This document shows, piece by piece, positions 27,361 through 38,100 of a DNA stretch of 64,000 nucleotides (the stretch's first letter is position 1; every line of letters starts with the position of its first letter). Source of the stretch: Nannocystales bacterium (GTDB lineage: Bacteria > Myxococcota_A > Polyangia > Nannocystales > Nannocystaceae); the NCBI GenBank assembly GCA_050633305.1, contig JBOEGF010000024.1:192001-256000 (forward strand), given 5' to 3'. The translations under genes and the position numbers were made by a program. The notes beneath the pieces were generated by a model. That model did not search any database. It saw only the letters and a program-made list of their open reading frames with translations, and was not told the origin of the DNA.

Positions 27361-29565
27361 CTACGAGCGCCGGCGTCTCCGACGACGGAGTCCCCACATC
27401 ATCACGAAGAGGCACGACGCTCCGCCGGCACCGCGGGCCTTCTGCGTGCTGGTCTCTTTGGTGTTGAGGCAACAGGTCGTCCCGGGCTGCGTCGTCGGAG
27501 GGGCATCCGAGGGAGGCGGCTGATAGGTGTACTCGCTCCCCTCGATATAGTTGCAGGGGTTGTGTGCTGCACACTCCGTGGGCTCACACTGCGGCCGGAC
27601 CTCTACTGGCTCGCACCCCATCGGTACCTGGCCCGCTGAGGGTCCTGCTGGCCTCGGCGCTCCACCTTCGGCCACGACCCCGCCCCCGAGCGGAGCCCCT
27701 GCGCCTGGCGACGGAGCGGTGACCTGGACGCACGAGGGCGTTTGGTCATCGACGACGCGGATGGTGTCGACAACGCTGGCGACGTGCCCTTCAGTGACAT
27801 CGAGCCGATACACGGAGTCGTAGGGATCGAGCGGCGTTGCACCATCGAGACGATGCTCCCATCCGCCGATCTCGCCCTCGTGTCGCACGTAGTAGCCGTA
27901 GCTGGAGAACGGGCTGAGGATCGGGGTCTGGGGGGCGTCCGGGAGATTGACCCGCCGTCCGCTGTCCACAAACCCATGGACTGTGTATCGCGGTAGGCGA
28001 GCGAGTGCCGTGGTGGGGTCCTTGGCGAGGTCGATCGGGAAACACCCGTCCAGATCGCCCTTGAACTCCTCGCACAGTGCCGGCGACGGCATGTTTTGAG
28101 TCCGTACCACCAAGTACACCGGGTGGTCGGACTGCCCCGGCCCCAACGCGCGACCGATCAGGTTCACATCAGCCGGGCGCCGCACCACCGAGGCGTCCAC
28201 GAACTGCATGTTGCGGTAGACACTGTCCGACCGGAACTTCAGCGCGTCGCCCGAACCGGGGGTGCCCGAGAGCTTCACGTGCATGCACTGGTGGTCGTTG
28301 GTTGGGACTGCCCCCGCAACGTACTCGTCGGTCTCGATTGCGCCTTGGCCTGCTGCGCCTGCGTAGCTGCCCGCATCGACAGAGCCCCCGAGGTTGGCCG
28401 TCTTGACCAGGTCCCAGGTGGCGGCGTCCCAGTTGGCGTAGGTGAGCCCCCAGTTCGCGATCCGAAACTCGGCCTGCACGCTGCCCGTGCTCAGGGCAGT
28501 CGCGGTGTTGTTGTGGAACCCGGCCCGCAGGCGCGAGCCGCTACTCGCTTCGATCGTGTGCCCGGGCAGGGGGTAGGGAACGGCAGTTCCTGGGACGACG
28601 CCCGCCACGATGTCCTTGTCCGAGCCCACCAGGCCCCGAATGACCTCGATCCCCTCGCAGTCTCCAGCGGTCCCGGTTTGGAGCGCGGGCCATTGTGTTG
28701 TGGTGTCGGGCACCGCGTCGGGCAGGGTGGGTCCCGCCGAGCCGTGGTCCATCTCGCACGATGCACCCGCGACCCCTTCGGGGTTGCACAACATCGGGAA
28801 CTCGAACGTCACGACCGGGTCGGCAACGCCGGGTCCGGACTTGAACGCGACGAAGCTGGTGCCGTACAGCCGAACGTCCGGGTCGACCTGCCCGGTCCCC
28901 GGCTCGACCGGGAGTTGGAGCGAGACCTTGAAGTCCCAGTCGAACAGGCCGCCTCCCGCCGGAGTCACCTGCACCCAGTGATGTTCATCGACGACCGGGA
29001 ATGCGCCCCCCGACGTGGGATTGGTCGCGACGATGCTTCCCCAGCCCGACCCCGGTGTCCCGGCTGAATAACGCACCACCGGACTGGTGGGCGATCCTCC
29101 GCTGACGGCCTGCCCGCTCACACATCCCGGAGCGAGGTCGGCAACGTCGGTGGTGTCCCCCGCGGCACAGCCCAGCATCGGCCGGATGTCGATGTACACC
29201 AGCGGCGCTCCGTCGGCATCGGTCAAGGCCAGCGCCACCATGTCCTGGGCCGGGTTGATCTGCGGATCGCCCTTGACCGACAGGTGTAGGAACATGCGGC
29301 GCGAGTCCGCGTCCCACACGGACCGAACGTCGACCATGCTCGGAGTCGCCGAGGCTCCCGGGTTTCCCGTACGTTTGGTGGCTCCCGTCCAGCGCTGTTC
29401 TTTGCCTGGCGCCCCCGGAACCCACCATTCGGGAAACTTGTTCTGGGGCCCGGGCACACCCCTCGCCTGCGGGACGCACAGGTCGTCGACCGCTGCGTTC
29501 GCGTACGTGGAGAATCCGAGCGCGATCGCGACCGCGCCCATCGAGAAGATGGTTCGTTTGGACAT
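27361..29565 (-). CDS. Secreted protein with MYXO-CTERM-like sorting tail
   Basis: Signal peptide ending ANA; C-terminal TTCC...hydrophobic segment...LRRRRRRRS. Confidence 0.7.
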   Translation of the reverse strand: MSKRTIFSMGAVAIALGFSTYANAAVDDLCVPQARGVPGPQNKFPEWWVPGAPGKEQRWTGATKRTGNPGASATPSMVDVRSVWDADSRRMFLHLSVKGDPQINPAQDMVALALTDADGAPLVYIDIRPMLGCAAGDTTDVADLAPGCVSGQAVSGGSPTSPVVRYSAGTPGSGWGSIVATNPTSGGAFPVVDEHHWVQVTPAGGGLFDWDFKVSLQLPVEPGTGQVDPDVRLYGTSFVAFKSGPGVADPVVTFEFPMLCNPEGVAGASCEMDHGSAGPTLPDAVPDTTTQWPALQTGTAGDCEGIEVIRGLVGSDKDIVAGVVPGTAVPYPLPGHTIEASSGSRLRAGFHNNTATALSTGSVQAEFRIANWGLTYANWDAATWDLVKTANLGGSVDAGSYAGAAGQGAIETDEYVAGAVPTNDHQCMHVKLSGTPGSGDALKFRSDSVYRNMQFVDASVVRRPADVNLIGRALGPGQSDHPVYLVVRTQNMPSPALCEEFKGDLDGCFPIDLAKDPTTALARLPRYTVHGFVDSGRRVNLPDAPQTPILSPFSSYGYYVRHEGEIGGWEHRLDGATPLDPYDSVYRLDVTEGHVASVVDTIRVVDDQTPSCVQVTAPSPGAGAPLGGGVVAEGGAPRPAGPSAGQVPMGCEPVEVRPQCEPTECAAHNPCNYIEGSEYTYQPPPSDAPPTTQPGTTCCLNTKETSTQKARGAGGASCLFVMMWGLRRRRRRRS

Positions 29566-29606
29566 GAGGTTGTTGCCAAGCCGGCGAAGCGGATCGAATG
29601 CGCCGA

Positions 29607-30530
29607 TCACTCTTCGACGATGATGTAGAGGTTGTAGCGGTAGTCCTCGACGATCTGGTCTCCGTCGAGGTTGAGCGGAAAACTGTCCGCCCCGTTGCCC
29701 GGATAGTTGATGAACTCGTACGCGAACTCGTGGTCGTTGTCCCCGCCGCTGGTTCGGCCGAGGGAGGTGACGTCCTCGGTGTGGATCATGATCCAGTAGT
29801 CGCCCGCAGTCAGAGCGGTGTCGGGAACGCTCACCTCGTTGGCGCCGTCCTCCAGCGAGAACTCGCCGCTCTGCCGCATTCGTGTCTGTGGGCCGTCGGA
29901 GTCGCTGTAGATGGCGAGCTGAACGTTCGGGCCGGCCTCGCCAGCGATCACCCCTAGGGCTTTGAGCGTGGTGTTTCCCGGCAGCGTGACCCGGTGCCCA
30001 AAGACGATTCCACCCACAACCTCGGCATCGCTCCCCAGGTAGTCAGGGTTGCCCAACGCGAGCGCGCAGTACGACTGGTCTTCAGCACACGTCGCGGCGG
30101 CCGTGCACTGGTCGGGACAATCGAGACCACACAAAGGGTCTTGGCCGCAGGCTACCCCCGAGCAGTCGGGCACACATTCCTCCGAGTCGGTCGAGCCCGT
30201 CGAACTGTCCGAGCCGTCCGTCGACGTCTGCGTCTTCGTTGACTCCGTCGTTTCACCCGCAGACGTCTCAGAATCGGTTGTCCCTCCCGGCGACTGTGGG
30301 CCCGAGTCCGATGAACCCGGCCCGCCGGTTGACACAGACGTCGTCGACTCTGGGCCAGACAGGCTCGCCGAGTCATCCTCGCCTGTCGTGGATTGCTCGG
30401 TTGTGCTTGCAGCTGCGCCGGTGTCACCTGCGGTCTGCGAAGCGCTGAGGATCAGCGGGTCGGCGGGGTCGAAACAAGCGCTCAACGCAAGCGCGATCCA
30501 GATGCTTGCCAATCGTGTCGGGAGTGTCAT
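29607..30530 (-). CDS. Ser/Thr-rich Cys-containing lipoprotein
   Basis: LSAC lipobox, S/T linker, CVPDCSGVACG motif, beta-rich C-terminal domain. Confidence 0.75.
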   Translation of the reverse strand: MTLPTRLASIWIALALSACFDPADPLILSASQTAGDTGAAASTTEQSTTGEDDSASLSGPESTTSVSTGGPGSSDSGPQSPGGTTDSETSAGETTESTKTQTSTDGSDSSTGSTDSEECVPDCSGVACGQDPLCGLDCPDQCTAAATCAEDQSYCALALGNPDYLGSDAEVVGGIVFGHRVTLPGNTTLKALGVIAGEAGPNVQLAIYSDSDGPQTRMRQSGEFSLEDGANEVSVPDTALTAGDYWIMIHTEDVTSLGRTSGGDNDHEFAYEFINYPGNGADSFPLNLDGDQIVEDYRYNLYIIVEE

Positions 30531-30788
30531 CTCGTGTCCTCGCTGGCTCCCGCGGATGGGATGCCGGTGGGGTAGTGGGCTCCGGAGAACAATCGATCCG
30601 AAAAAGTGTGCGGGGGGCGACCCTCCGCCGGGGCCGGTTGTGGAGCCGGGCGTCCGAGCGCGACCGTCCGGTCGGCAGTGCCGAGGCTGCTCGTCGCGCG
30701 GCATGCTCCTCGGACGCAGAGACCTGGGTCCGGGCGGAGCCGTGAAGCCTGCGCGCGAACTCAAACCTCGCTTGCATCTTCTGAGCAA

Positions 30789-30802
30789 ACCAAGTAGTTG
30801 GT
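30789..30802. promoter_or_regulatory. Candidate TetR operator
   Basis: Palindrome ACCAA-GTAG-TTGGT just upstream of the SRPBCC-TetR operon. Confidence 0.45.
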
Positions 30803-30821
30803 AGGTTCAGGGCTGCCGACT

Positions 30822-31706
30822 ATGCTGCATATGACCCCGAAGATGGCCACAACACCCCGCTGGGTGCTCGTCTACGCCACATTGATGCTCTTGGTGTCGG
30901 TCAACACGGCAGTTCTTGGCTACGCCGCGCCTGAGCTGCTGTTCGACGAGTCGGTTCCGGACTTCGCGAACGCAGCACCCATCACCCACTTCTACGCGAC
31001 CCGGAATGCCGCGCTGGCGGTGCTGGGTGGGGCGGCGTTGCTGACCCGGTCCAGACCGCTGCTGTTTGCGGCGATGCTGACACGGCTGGTGGTCGACTCG
31101 GTGGATCTGGGGTTCACGTTGGAGCATCGCATCGTCGACGCTCCGCCCGCGTTCGTCACCCTCGCTTGGCTGGTGGGGTTCACGGTGCCGCAGCTCGCTT
31201 GTCTGTGGCAGCTCCGCGATGGGGCGACGGGTCGAGGCTGGCGCTTCCAGATCGAGGAGTTGGTGGACGTGTCCGCAGACGCCGAGCGAATCTGGGCGAA
31301 GCTGACTCGCCACGAGTCGATGCCGACGTGGGTGACCCTGGGCTTACGCGGGGTGCGTCTGCAGGCGAATGGCAGCGCCTCGGTCGGAACGCCGGGCTCG
31401 TACCGCGTGATTCGGTTTGCCGGATGGCCCGAGGTCACCGAGCGGTTCGTCGAGGTCGAGGCGCCGGTTCGCTACAGCTATGAAGTCATCGCAGGTATGC
31501 CGCATCTGCGCGAGCACCTCGGCGTGGTGTCCGTCGAAAAGGAGGCCGGGTCATCGCGGATTCGGTGGACGATCACGTTCGTCTTCGAACCGCTCCATCC
31601 GCTCTCGTGGATGTCCCCGCTGTTTGTGGCCGGATTTCGCCGCGTCGTGGCCCGAGGCCTCCGGGAGCTGAAACGCCAGGTAGAGTCGGAGTCGGCACAA
31701 GCCTGA
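30822..31706 (+). CDS. Membrane domain fused to SRPBCC/polyketide-cyclase domain
   Basis: Four hydrophobic helices with YATRNAAL, then SADAERIWAKL...GSYRVI...ERFVEVEAPVRYSYEV. Confidence 0.75.
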   Translation: MLHMTPKMATTPRWVLVYATLMLLVSVNTAVLGYAAPELLFDESVPDFANAAPITHFYATRNAALAVLGGAALLTRSRPLLFAAMLTRLVVDSVDLGFTLEHRIVDAPPAFVTLAWLVGFTVPQLACLWQLRDGATGRGWRFQIEELVDVSADAERIWAKLTRHESMPTWVTLGLRGVRLQANGSASVGTPGSYRVIRFAGWPEVTERFVEVEAPVRYSYEVIAGMPHLREHLGVVSVEKEAGSSRIRWTITFVFEPLHPLSWMSPLFVAGFRRVVARGLRELKRQVESESAQA

Positions 31707-32263
31707 TGACGACGCGTGACCCGAATCGCCGAGAAAAACTCCTGCAGGTGGCCGACGCGCTCTGGCTGTCCCGTGGATATGCCGGTTTCAGTTTTGCCGA
31801 CCTCTCAACCCGCACAGGTCTTCGAAAACCGAGCGTGTACCACCACTTCCCAAGCAAGGAAGCGCTGTTCATCGCGCTCATCGAGCATCACGAGCACGAA
31901 GCGGCGGGGTTCTTCGAGACGATGGACACCCGCCCTGCGAACGAGGCGCTGGGGGCGTTCCTCGAGGTGTACGGGCGGCTGCTCGAACACCCGGACCGAC
32001 TGTGTCCCGCCGGGGCGATTTGTGCCGATCTCGAGGTCATGCCGGCCGCGGTCGCGGCCTCGGGACGCCTGTACCTCCGGGCGCAGCAGAGCTGGCTGAC
32101 CGCCACGATGGACAGGGGTCCTTGGCGCTTCTGTGCCGAGGACATGGCCGCCACGGTGCTCAGCGCGCTGCAAGGCGCACTGCAACGCTCCCGAGGTGCA
32201 CTGAGCCCCGTCCCACTCGAGCGGACGCTGCGGATGCTGCGGGTGCAGCTCGAGCTGGGTTGA
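31706..32263 (+). CDS. TetR/AcrR family regulator
   Basis: RGYAGFSFADLS...SVYHHFPSKEAL; start overlaps upstream stop (TGATG). Confidence 0.9.
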   Translation: MTTRDPNRREKLLQVADALWLSRGYAGFSFADLSTRTGLRKPSVYHHFPSKEALFIALIEHHEHEAAGFFETMDTRPANEALGAFLEVYGRLLEHPDRLCPAGAICADLEVMPAAVAASGRLYLRAQQSWLTATMDRGPWRFCAEDMAATVLSALQGALQRSRGALSPVPLERTLRMLRVQLELG

Positions 32264-32463
32264 GGCCGGCCGGTTCGGGCAACCGTTCCCGTCGGCATGC
32301 GTCTGAGTTCGTGTGCCTCGGTTCATGTCCCCGGGCGGAAATCCATCACAGACCCAGGGTCTGAAAAGTCGGGTTCCGGTTCATGGGTCCCGGGGTGTGT
32401 CGTCGTAACGCGGAGGCTTGCGACACCGCGGCCACGGTGGCGTCTAGGTGGGTCGAGGCACTC

Positions 32464-33221
32464 ATGGCAAACAGCACGATCCTGTCCAAGCTCCAATCCT
32501 GTACCGCCGACGAAGCGATCGATTCGCTTCTCGACCTCGACTGGGCGGCCTTCAGTCCCCGCCGCGACCTGCACTCGTTGCAGCGGGCCCTGATGTCGCT
32601 GGAGAGACGTGAAGGTCTCGGTGGTGCACACCACATCGCGAGTGAGCGGTTGCTTGAACAGACGGACGCTTCACTCGTTCACAATGATGCTCATCGGGCG
32701 GTGATGCAGAAACTTCGCGGTCTCACGTGACGGTCTCCGGCTTGCGGTCGGAAGCGGTACGCCAGCGGCCGACTTTGAGTACGGTGGCGCGTTGGAGACT
32801 ATCGACCTGACCACCGGATCGACTGTACGCAACACTCGTCGCCTGAACTGCGGCGTTGGCCATTGGAACGAGGGACGTTGCATCCAGTGGTCGCCCGATG
32901 GGTGGTACCTGTTGGCCTCGTTCGACCGCTCGGAGATCGGTTGGTCGTCGCCCGTGTGGGGCGGTATCGGCTGGACCTTTCCCGGGAACGAACCGTCTCC
33001 TTTGCGTGGCTCGGCCGCGTTGCTCGATGGGGTTCCGTACGCTCCTGCGTACTGCTACTCGCAGACCGGAGAATCCGTGGTGTTCGCAGTTCGCGGTCCC
33101 CATGGCGGTCTCCCGGGGGCGCACGTCGCTCAACGCACCCGACCCCTCGACGTTCTACGGGGGCGATGAAGCCGGGTACACGGACTACCCGACGTTCGAC
33201 GAGTCGACTCGCGCTCCGTGA
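32464..33221 (+). pseudogene. Frameshifted WD40/beta-propeller protein
   Basis: HRAVMQ joins NFAVSRDGLRLAVGS across a frameshift at about 32710; IQWSPDGWYLLAS follows; probable second shift near 33115. Confidence 0.5.
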
Positions 33222-33475
33222 GGAGGAACGCGGGTGTCGTGGTGAGTGCGGTCCGGCACGGAGTCGGTCGCCTTCACGGATGAGCTGGGGGGTGTTTCTG
33301 GGGTGGGGCCGGTCGTCATGATGCTGCGCACCCCGGTCGCAACGGATGCAGCGCGAGCACCGGCGTTGGTCCCGGGGAGGGCGGGTCGAGTCGCCGCTTG
33401 ACGCGCGTGGGCCATAAAACGGCCCGTCGGCCCAAATCCGTCGTTGCGCGCGGTGTCGCTCTGTGTCAGGTTACT

Positions 33476-33487
33476 TACCGTTCGGTA
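33476..33487. promoter_or_regulatory. Candidate TetR operator
   Basis: Palindrome TACCG-TT-CGGTA immediately before ATG 33489. Confidence 0.55.
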
Positions 33488-33488
33488 T

Positions 33489-34094
33489 ATGACCGTCGGC
33501 GACAAATGCGCAGCTGCGGTGGACCTCCCACAGGACAGTCTAGCCGCCCGAATCCTGGATGAAGCGATCCGCTTGTTCGCGTCGCGGGGCTATGCATCGA
33601 CGTCGGTCCGTGAGGTCGTCGAGGCCTGCGGCTGCACGAAACCGGCGCTGTACTACCACTTCACGAACAAGGTCGGCCTGTACCGCGCGGCGATCGGTGC
33701 GGCAGTGATCCGGCTCGAGGTCGTGCACGAGGAGCTGAGCCACGGAGCATTCGTCGAAGGGCTCCGCGAAGGGATCCGTCGCGTCCGCGCACACGCGGAG
33801 GTTCATCCCGACGACCTCCGTCTGCTGTTCCGCGCGGAGAGCGAGGCGACGATTCACCCGGACCTTCTTGACATCCGGACGCTTCGGGCGCAGGACCTCG
33901 CCCGCACCGAGGCCCTCATCGCCGAGGGGGTCGAGCGTGGGGAACTACGCAAGGATCTTCCCGTCAAGGGCGCTGCCATCGCACTCGTGGGCGCGATGCA
34001 CATGTGGCTTCAGCTGTGGCTGGATGGCCATCCGCTCGACGACGAGTTCGAGCAGAGCACCCTGAGTTTGTACCTGCACGGAGTCATCGCATGA
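33489..34094 (+). CDS. TetR/AcrR family regulator of the RND operon
   Basis: RGYASTSVREVVEACGCTKPALYYHFTNK. Confidence 0.9.
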   Translation: MTVGDKCAAAVDLPQDSLAARILDEAIRLFASRGYASTSVREVVEACGCTKPALYYHFTNKVGLYRAAIGAAVIRLEVVHEELSHGAFVEGLREGIRRVRAHAEVHPDDLRLLFRAESEATIHPDLLDIRTLRAQDLARTEALIAEGVERGELRKDLPVKGAAIALVGAMHMWLQLWLDGHPLDDEFEQSTLSLYLHGVIA

Positions 34095-35188
34095 ACCGTC
34101 TTCTTCTCGCGGCAGCCCTCGTGGCCCCCGCTTGTAACTCCACCGCGTCCGCCGAACCTGCTCCCGATGCCGAGGAGGCCGAGTCTCGACAGACGCCCGC
34201 GGCCCGAGCGACATGGGTCGAAGCTGCAACCGTCGAGCGCTCCTCCGCGTCGCTTCACCTCATCCTCCCCGGGGAGGTTGAAGGTGATCGGGACGCGTGG
34301 CTGGCTTCCTCGCAGGGCGGCTACGTCGAGGCGGTCTCAGCCGAGGTCGGGCAATCGGTCAAGGAGGGGGACGTGCTCTTTCGCATCGACCGGTCGCTGT
34401 TTCAGGCCCGCCTCGCTCAGGTCGAGAACGAGGTCAAGGCGGCCCGACGCGAGCTGGCTCGTGTGAAGAAGGCTGGGAGCGCCATTGCGTCGGCGGAGGT
34501 CGATGCGACCCATGACCGGCTCATCGCAGCGCAGGCCTCTCGGCGTGTGGCGCAGATCCAGGCGTCGCGCGCGACCATTCGAGCGCCGTTCGACGGAGCG
34601 CTTGCCGCAGTCGAGCTGGAGAAGGGAGAGGTTGCCGGACCCGGAGCCCCTGCGGCTCGGCTGGTGGTCCTCGACCCGGTCAAGGTTTCGATCTCCGTCG
34701 CCGATCGAGACGTCGGACTCCTCGAAGTCGGTTCGGGTGTACGGGTGTCCGTAGACGCCCTCGCCGAGCCTCGCGACGGGAAAATCGCCCGCATTCTTCC
34801 TGCCGCCGACCTCGACACCCGGACGTTCATCGTCGAGGTGGAGGTCGCCAACAAGGACAAGGCGTTGCTTCCGGGCATGATCGCACGGGTCGAGGTCGAG
34901 CAGAGCTTGCAGCAGGACTCCCTGCTCATCCCGCAGGGCTTCTTGGTCACGCAGCGTGATTCCAACGGCGTCTTTGTCGTTGAAGACGGATTCGCGCGCT
35001 GGCGTACGCTCGAGTTGGGACCGCTGGTCCGAGATCAGGTGGTCATCGATTCCGGTCTGGAAGTCGGGGATAACATCGTCGTCGTTGGACAGCGGTCGCT
35101 GGCCGACGGCGATGCCGTGATTCTCTCCCGCCAGGGAAGCTGCTGTGTGAACGGTCGCCCCACCTTCGTCGTGGACTCGGGCTCATGA
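34091..35188 (+). CDS. RND efflux periplasmic adaptor (MFP) lipoprotein
   Basis: APAC lipobox, GQSVKEGDVLFRID, IRAPFDG, LLPGMIARV. Confidence 0.92.
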   Translation: MNRLLLAAALVAPACNSTASAEPAPDAEEAESRQTPAARATWVEAATVERSSASLHLILPGEVEGDRDAWLASSQGGYVEAVSAEVGQSVKEGDVLFRIDRSLFQARLAQVENEVKAARRELARVKKAGSAIASAEVDATHDRLIAAQASRRVAQIQASRATIRAPFDGALAAVELEKGEVAGPGAPAARLVVLDPVKVSISVADRDVGLLEVGSGVRVSVDALAEPRDGKIARILPAADLDTRTFIVEVEVANKDKALLPGMIARVEVEQSLQQDSLLIPQGFLVTQRDSNGVFVVEDGFARWRTLELGPLVRDQVVIDSGLEVGDNIVVVGQRSLADGDAVILSRQGSCCVNGRPTFVVDSGS

Positions 35189-38100
35189 TTGGCGCACTCG
35201 TTCGACGCGGACCCACCGTCTTCCTGGTGACGGTCTGCATCCTGATCTTTGGGCTGTGGACGTACAACACCCTGCCCAGGGAGGCGTCTCCGGACGTCGA
35301 GATCCCGGTTGTCATGGTGACGACGCCCTATATCGGTGTGTCGCCGGAGGACATGGAGTCTCTCGTGACCAACCCGATCGAGGATGAGCTGGCGGGGGTC
35401 AAGGACCTCAAAAAGATGAGCTCCACCTCGGCGGAGGGCATCAGCCTCATCACGCTCGAGTTTGAGCCGGAGGTCGTGATCGACGACGCGCTGCAGAAGG
35501 TCCGGGACCGGGTCAGCCGAGCGCGGCCCGACCTGCCCGAGGATGTCGAGGAGACTTCCGTGACCGAGGTGTCGTTCAGCGACTTCCCGATCGTGATCGT
35601 CACGATCGCAGGTCCGGTGGACCAGGAGGAACTCAAGGACCTCGGCGAGAGACTTCAAGAAGGGGTCAAGGAGATCGGGGGCGTCCTCGACGCCAAGCTG
35701 ACCGGTGGCCGGACCCGAGAGGTGCAGGTGCAGGTCGACCCCGTCCGTCTCAACCACTTCGGGCTCGCGCTCGGGGACGTGATTGGGGCGATCGGCGACG
35801 AGAACGTCAACGTGCCTGGCGGCGATGTCGACGCAGGGGAAGCGAGCGTGCTGCTCCGGATCCCAGGCGAGTTTGAGGACCCCGCCGAGATCGAGAATGT
35901 GGCGATCAAGCGCAAGGGCGATCGCCCGGTTTTCGTTCGCGACGTGGCACGGTTGGTCGATGGGTTCGAAAAACGCGAGACCTATGCACGCATGAACGGT
36001 CAGCCGGCGGTGTCGCTGGCGGTGTCCAAGCGAAGCGGCGCGAACATCCTCGAAGTTGCCGAGGCGGTGAAGGCACTCGCAGCAGAGCACGAGGAAAAGT
36101 GGCCCGAGGGCGTGACCTTCCGCGTGCTTGGCGACCAGTCCGAGATGATCTCATCGATGGTCAGCGACCTCGAGAACGGCATCTTGACGGCGTTGTTGTT
36201 GGTCGTCGGCGTGCTCGTAATCTTCATGGGCGTGCGCAGCAGCCTGTTCGTCGCCGTGTCGATTCCACTGTCGATGCTGCTGGCGATGGTGGTGGTCGAG
36301 GCGTTCGGCATGACGCTGAACATGATCGTTCTCTTCTCCCTGATCCTCGCCTTGGGGATGCTGGTCGACAACGCGATCGTTCTGGTCGAGAACATCTACC
36401 GTCACGCCGAGATGGGAAAACCGCCTCGGCAGGCGGCCATCGACGGCACCAAGGAAATCGCGATCGCGGTGGCCGCATCCACGGCGACGACCGTTGCAGC
36501 GTTCGCCCCGCTGGTCTTCTGGACGGGGATGATGGGCCAGTTCATGGGCTACATGCCCAAGACCGTCATCATCGTGCTGCTCGCCTCGCTGCTCGTCGCG
36601 GTTGGCATCCTCCCGGCGGCAACGGCTCGGCTGATGCCGAAGTCGATGGCCAAGCGGTCCGACCACAAGCAGACGGCCTACGGTCCCTCGATGCGCCTGT
36701 ATCGAAGGGCACTCGGTTGGGCGATCCGGCACCGCTACATCGCGGCCTTCGCCGGCGTGCTCTCCCTGTTTGGCACGATCGCGATCTACGCCGGAAACAA
36801 CCACGGGATGGAGTTCTTCCCGGAGACCGACCCTCCGCGCGCAACGATCAGCGTCCGCGCGCCGGATGGGACCAGTCTCGAGGCGACCGATGCCATCGTT
36901 CGGCAGATCGAGGCCATCTTGGCGACGGAGGCCAACGTCGATGTGTTCGTCGCCGAGACGGGCATCAGCGGCGGCGGCGATCCGATGACCGCCGCGCAGC
37001 CTGCCGCCAACTTCGCTCGAATCACGCTCGACTTCCTTCCCGACGAGGCTTCCGCAGGTGCCGGGGAGACCGTGCGCTTCGAGCCCACCACCGAGACGGT
37101 GGACCGGATTCGCAACGCCGTCCTCCAGATCCCCGGGGCTGAGATCTCGGTGGAGAAGGAGCGCATGGGCCCTCCGGTGGGGTCCCCCATCGCGGTCGAG
37201 GTCTCCGGCGACGACTTCCACGAGGTGGGCGCGCTGGCAGCCTCCGTGCGGCGACAGCTCTCGGAGGTCCCCGGGGCGACGGACCTTGCCGACAACTATC
37301 ACGTAGGCCGGCCGGAGATGCGGCTTCGTATCGATCGCGGTGCGGCGAAGCGGGTGGGCACCAGCACGGTCTCGGTGGCCAATACGGTCCGAACGGCAGT
37401 GGCGGGCACCAAGGCCTCCGCGTTCCGAGACGGCGAGGATGAGTACGACATCACGGTGATGGTCGACCCGCGTTTTCGCGACGACCTCCAATCCGTTCTG
37501 GGGCTGCGCATCCCTGGCAAGCTCGACACCAGCCCGGACACGTTTCCGGTGCCGATCTCCACGGTGGCCTCGTTCGAGCTCGCGGGAGGAAACGGCAGCA
37601 TCTATCACATCGATCAGGACCTGGTTGTCACCATCGAGGGCGACATCGCCGAGGGCTTCGCCGAGACCGACGTCCGCGACGCCGTGATGGCACACATCGG
37701 TACCGTCGACACCAAGCCCGGGTATGGGTTGCGCCTCGGGGGCGCTCAGGACGAGCAAGCTGAGGCGCAGGCGTTCTTGCTCCGGGCGTTCGTCATCGCC
37801 ATCTTCCTCATCGCGGCTGTGCTGGTGACCCAGTTCAACAGCTTCGATTTGCCGCTCATCATCATGGCGTCCGTGGTCTTGTCGCTGGTCGGCGTGCTGT
37901 GGGGCTTGATGATCACCGGGACCCCGTTCGGCTTGATCATGACTGGGCTGGGGGTGATCTCGTTGGCCGGTGTGGTGGTCAACAACGCGATTGTGTTGCT
38001 CGACTACGTACAGCAGCTCAAGGCGACCGGAATCACCACCTATGAAGCGTTGGTCGACGCAGGCTCGGCTCGCTTTCGGCCGGTGATGTTGACGGCGGCC

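Noticed and set aside
30623..30739. Possible long hairpin (GCGTCCGAG/CTCGGACGC)
   Set aside because: Very GC-rich with short stems; cannot be separated from chance without computation.
32318..32395. Short direct repeat CGGTTCATG flanking the palindrome CAGACCC-A-GGGTCTG
   Set aside because: Only two short imperfect copies; no supportable function.
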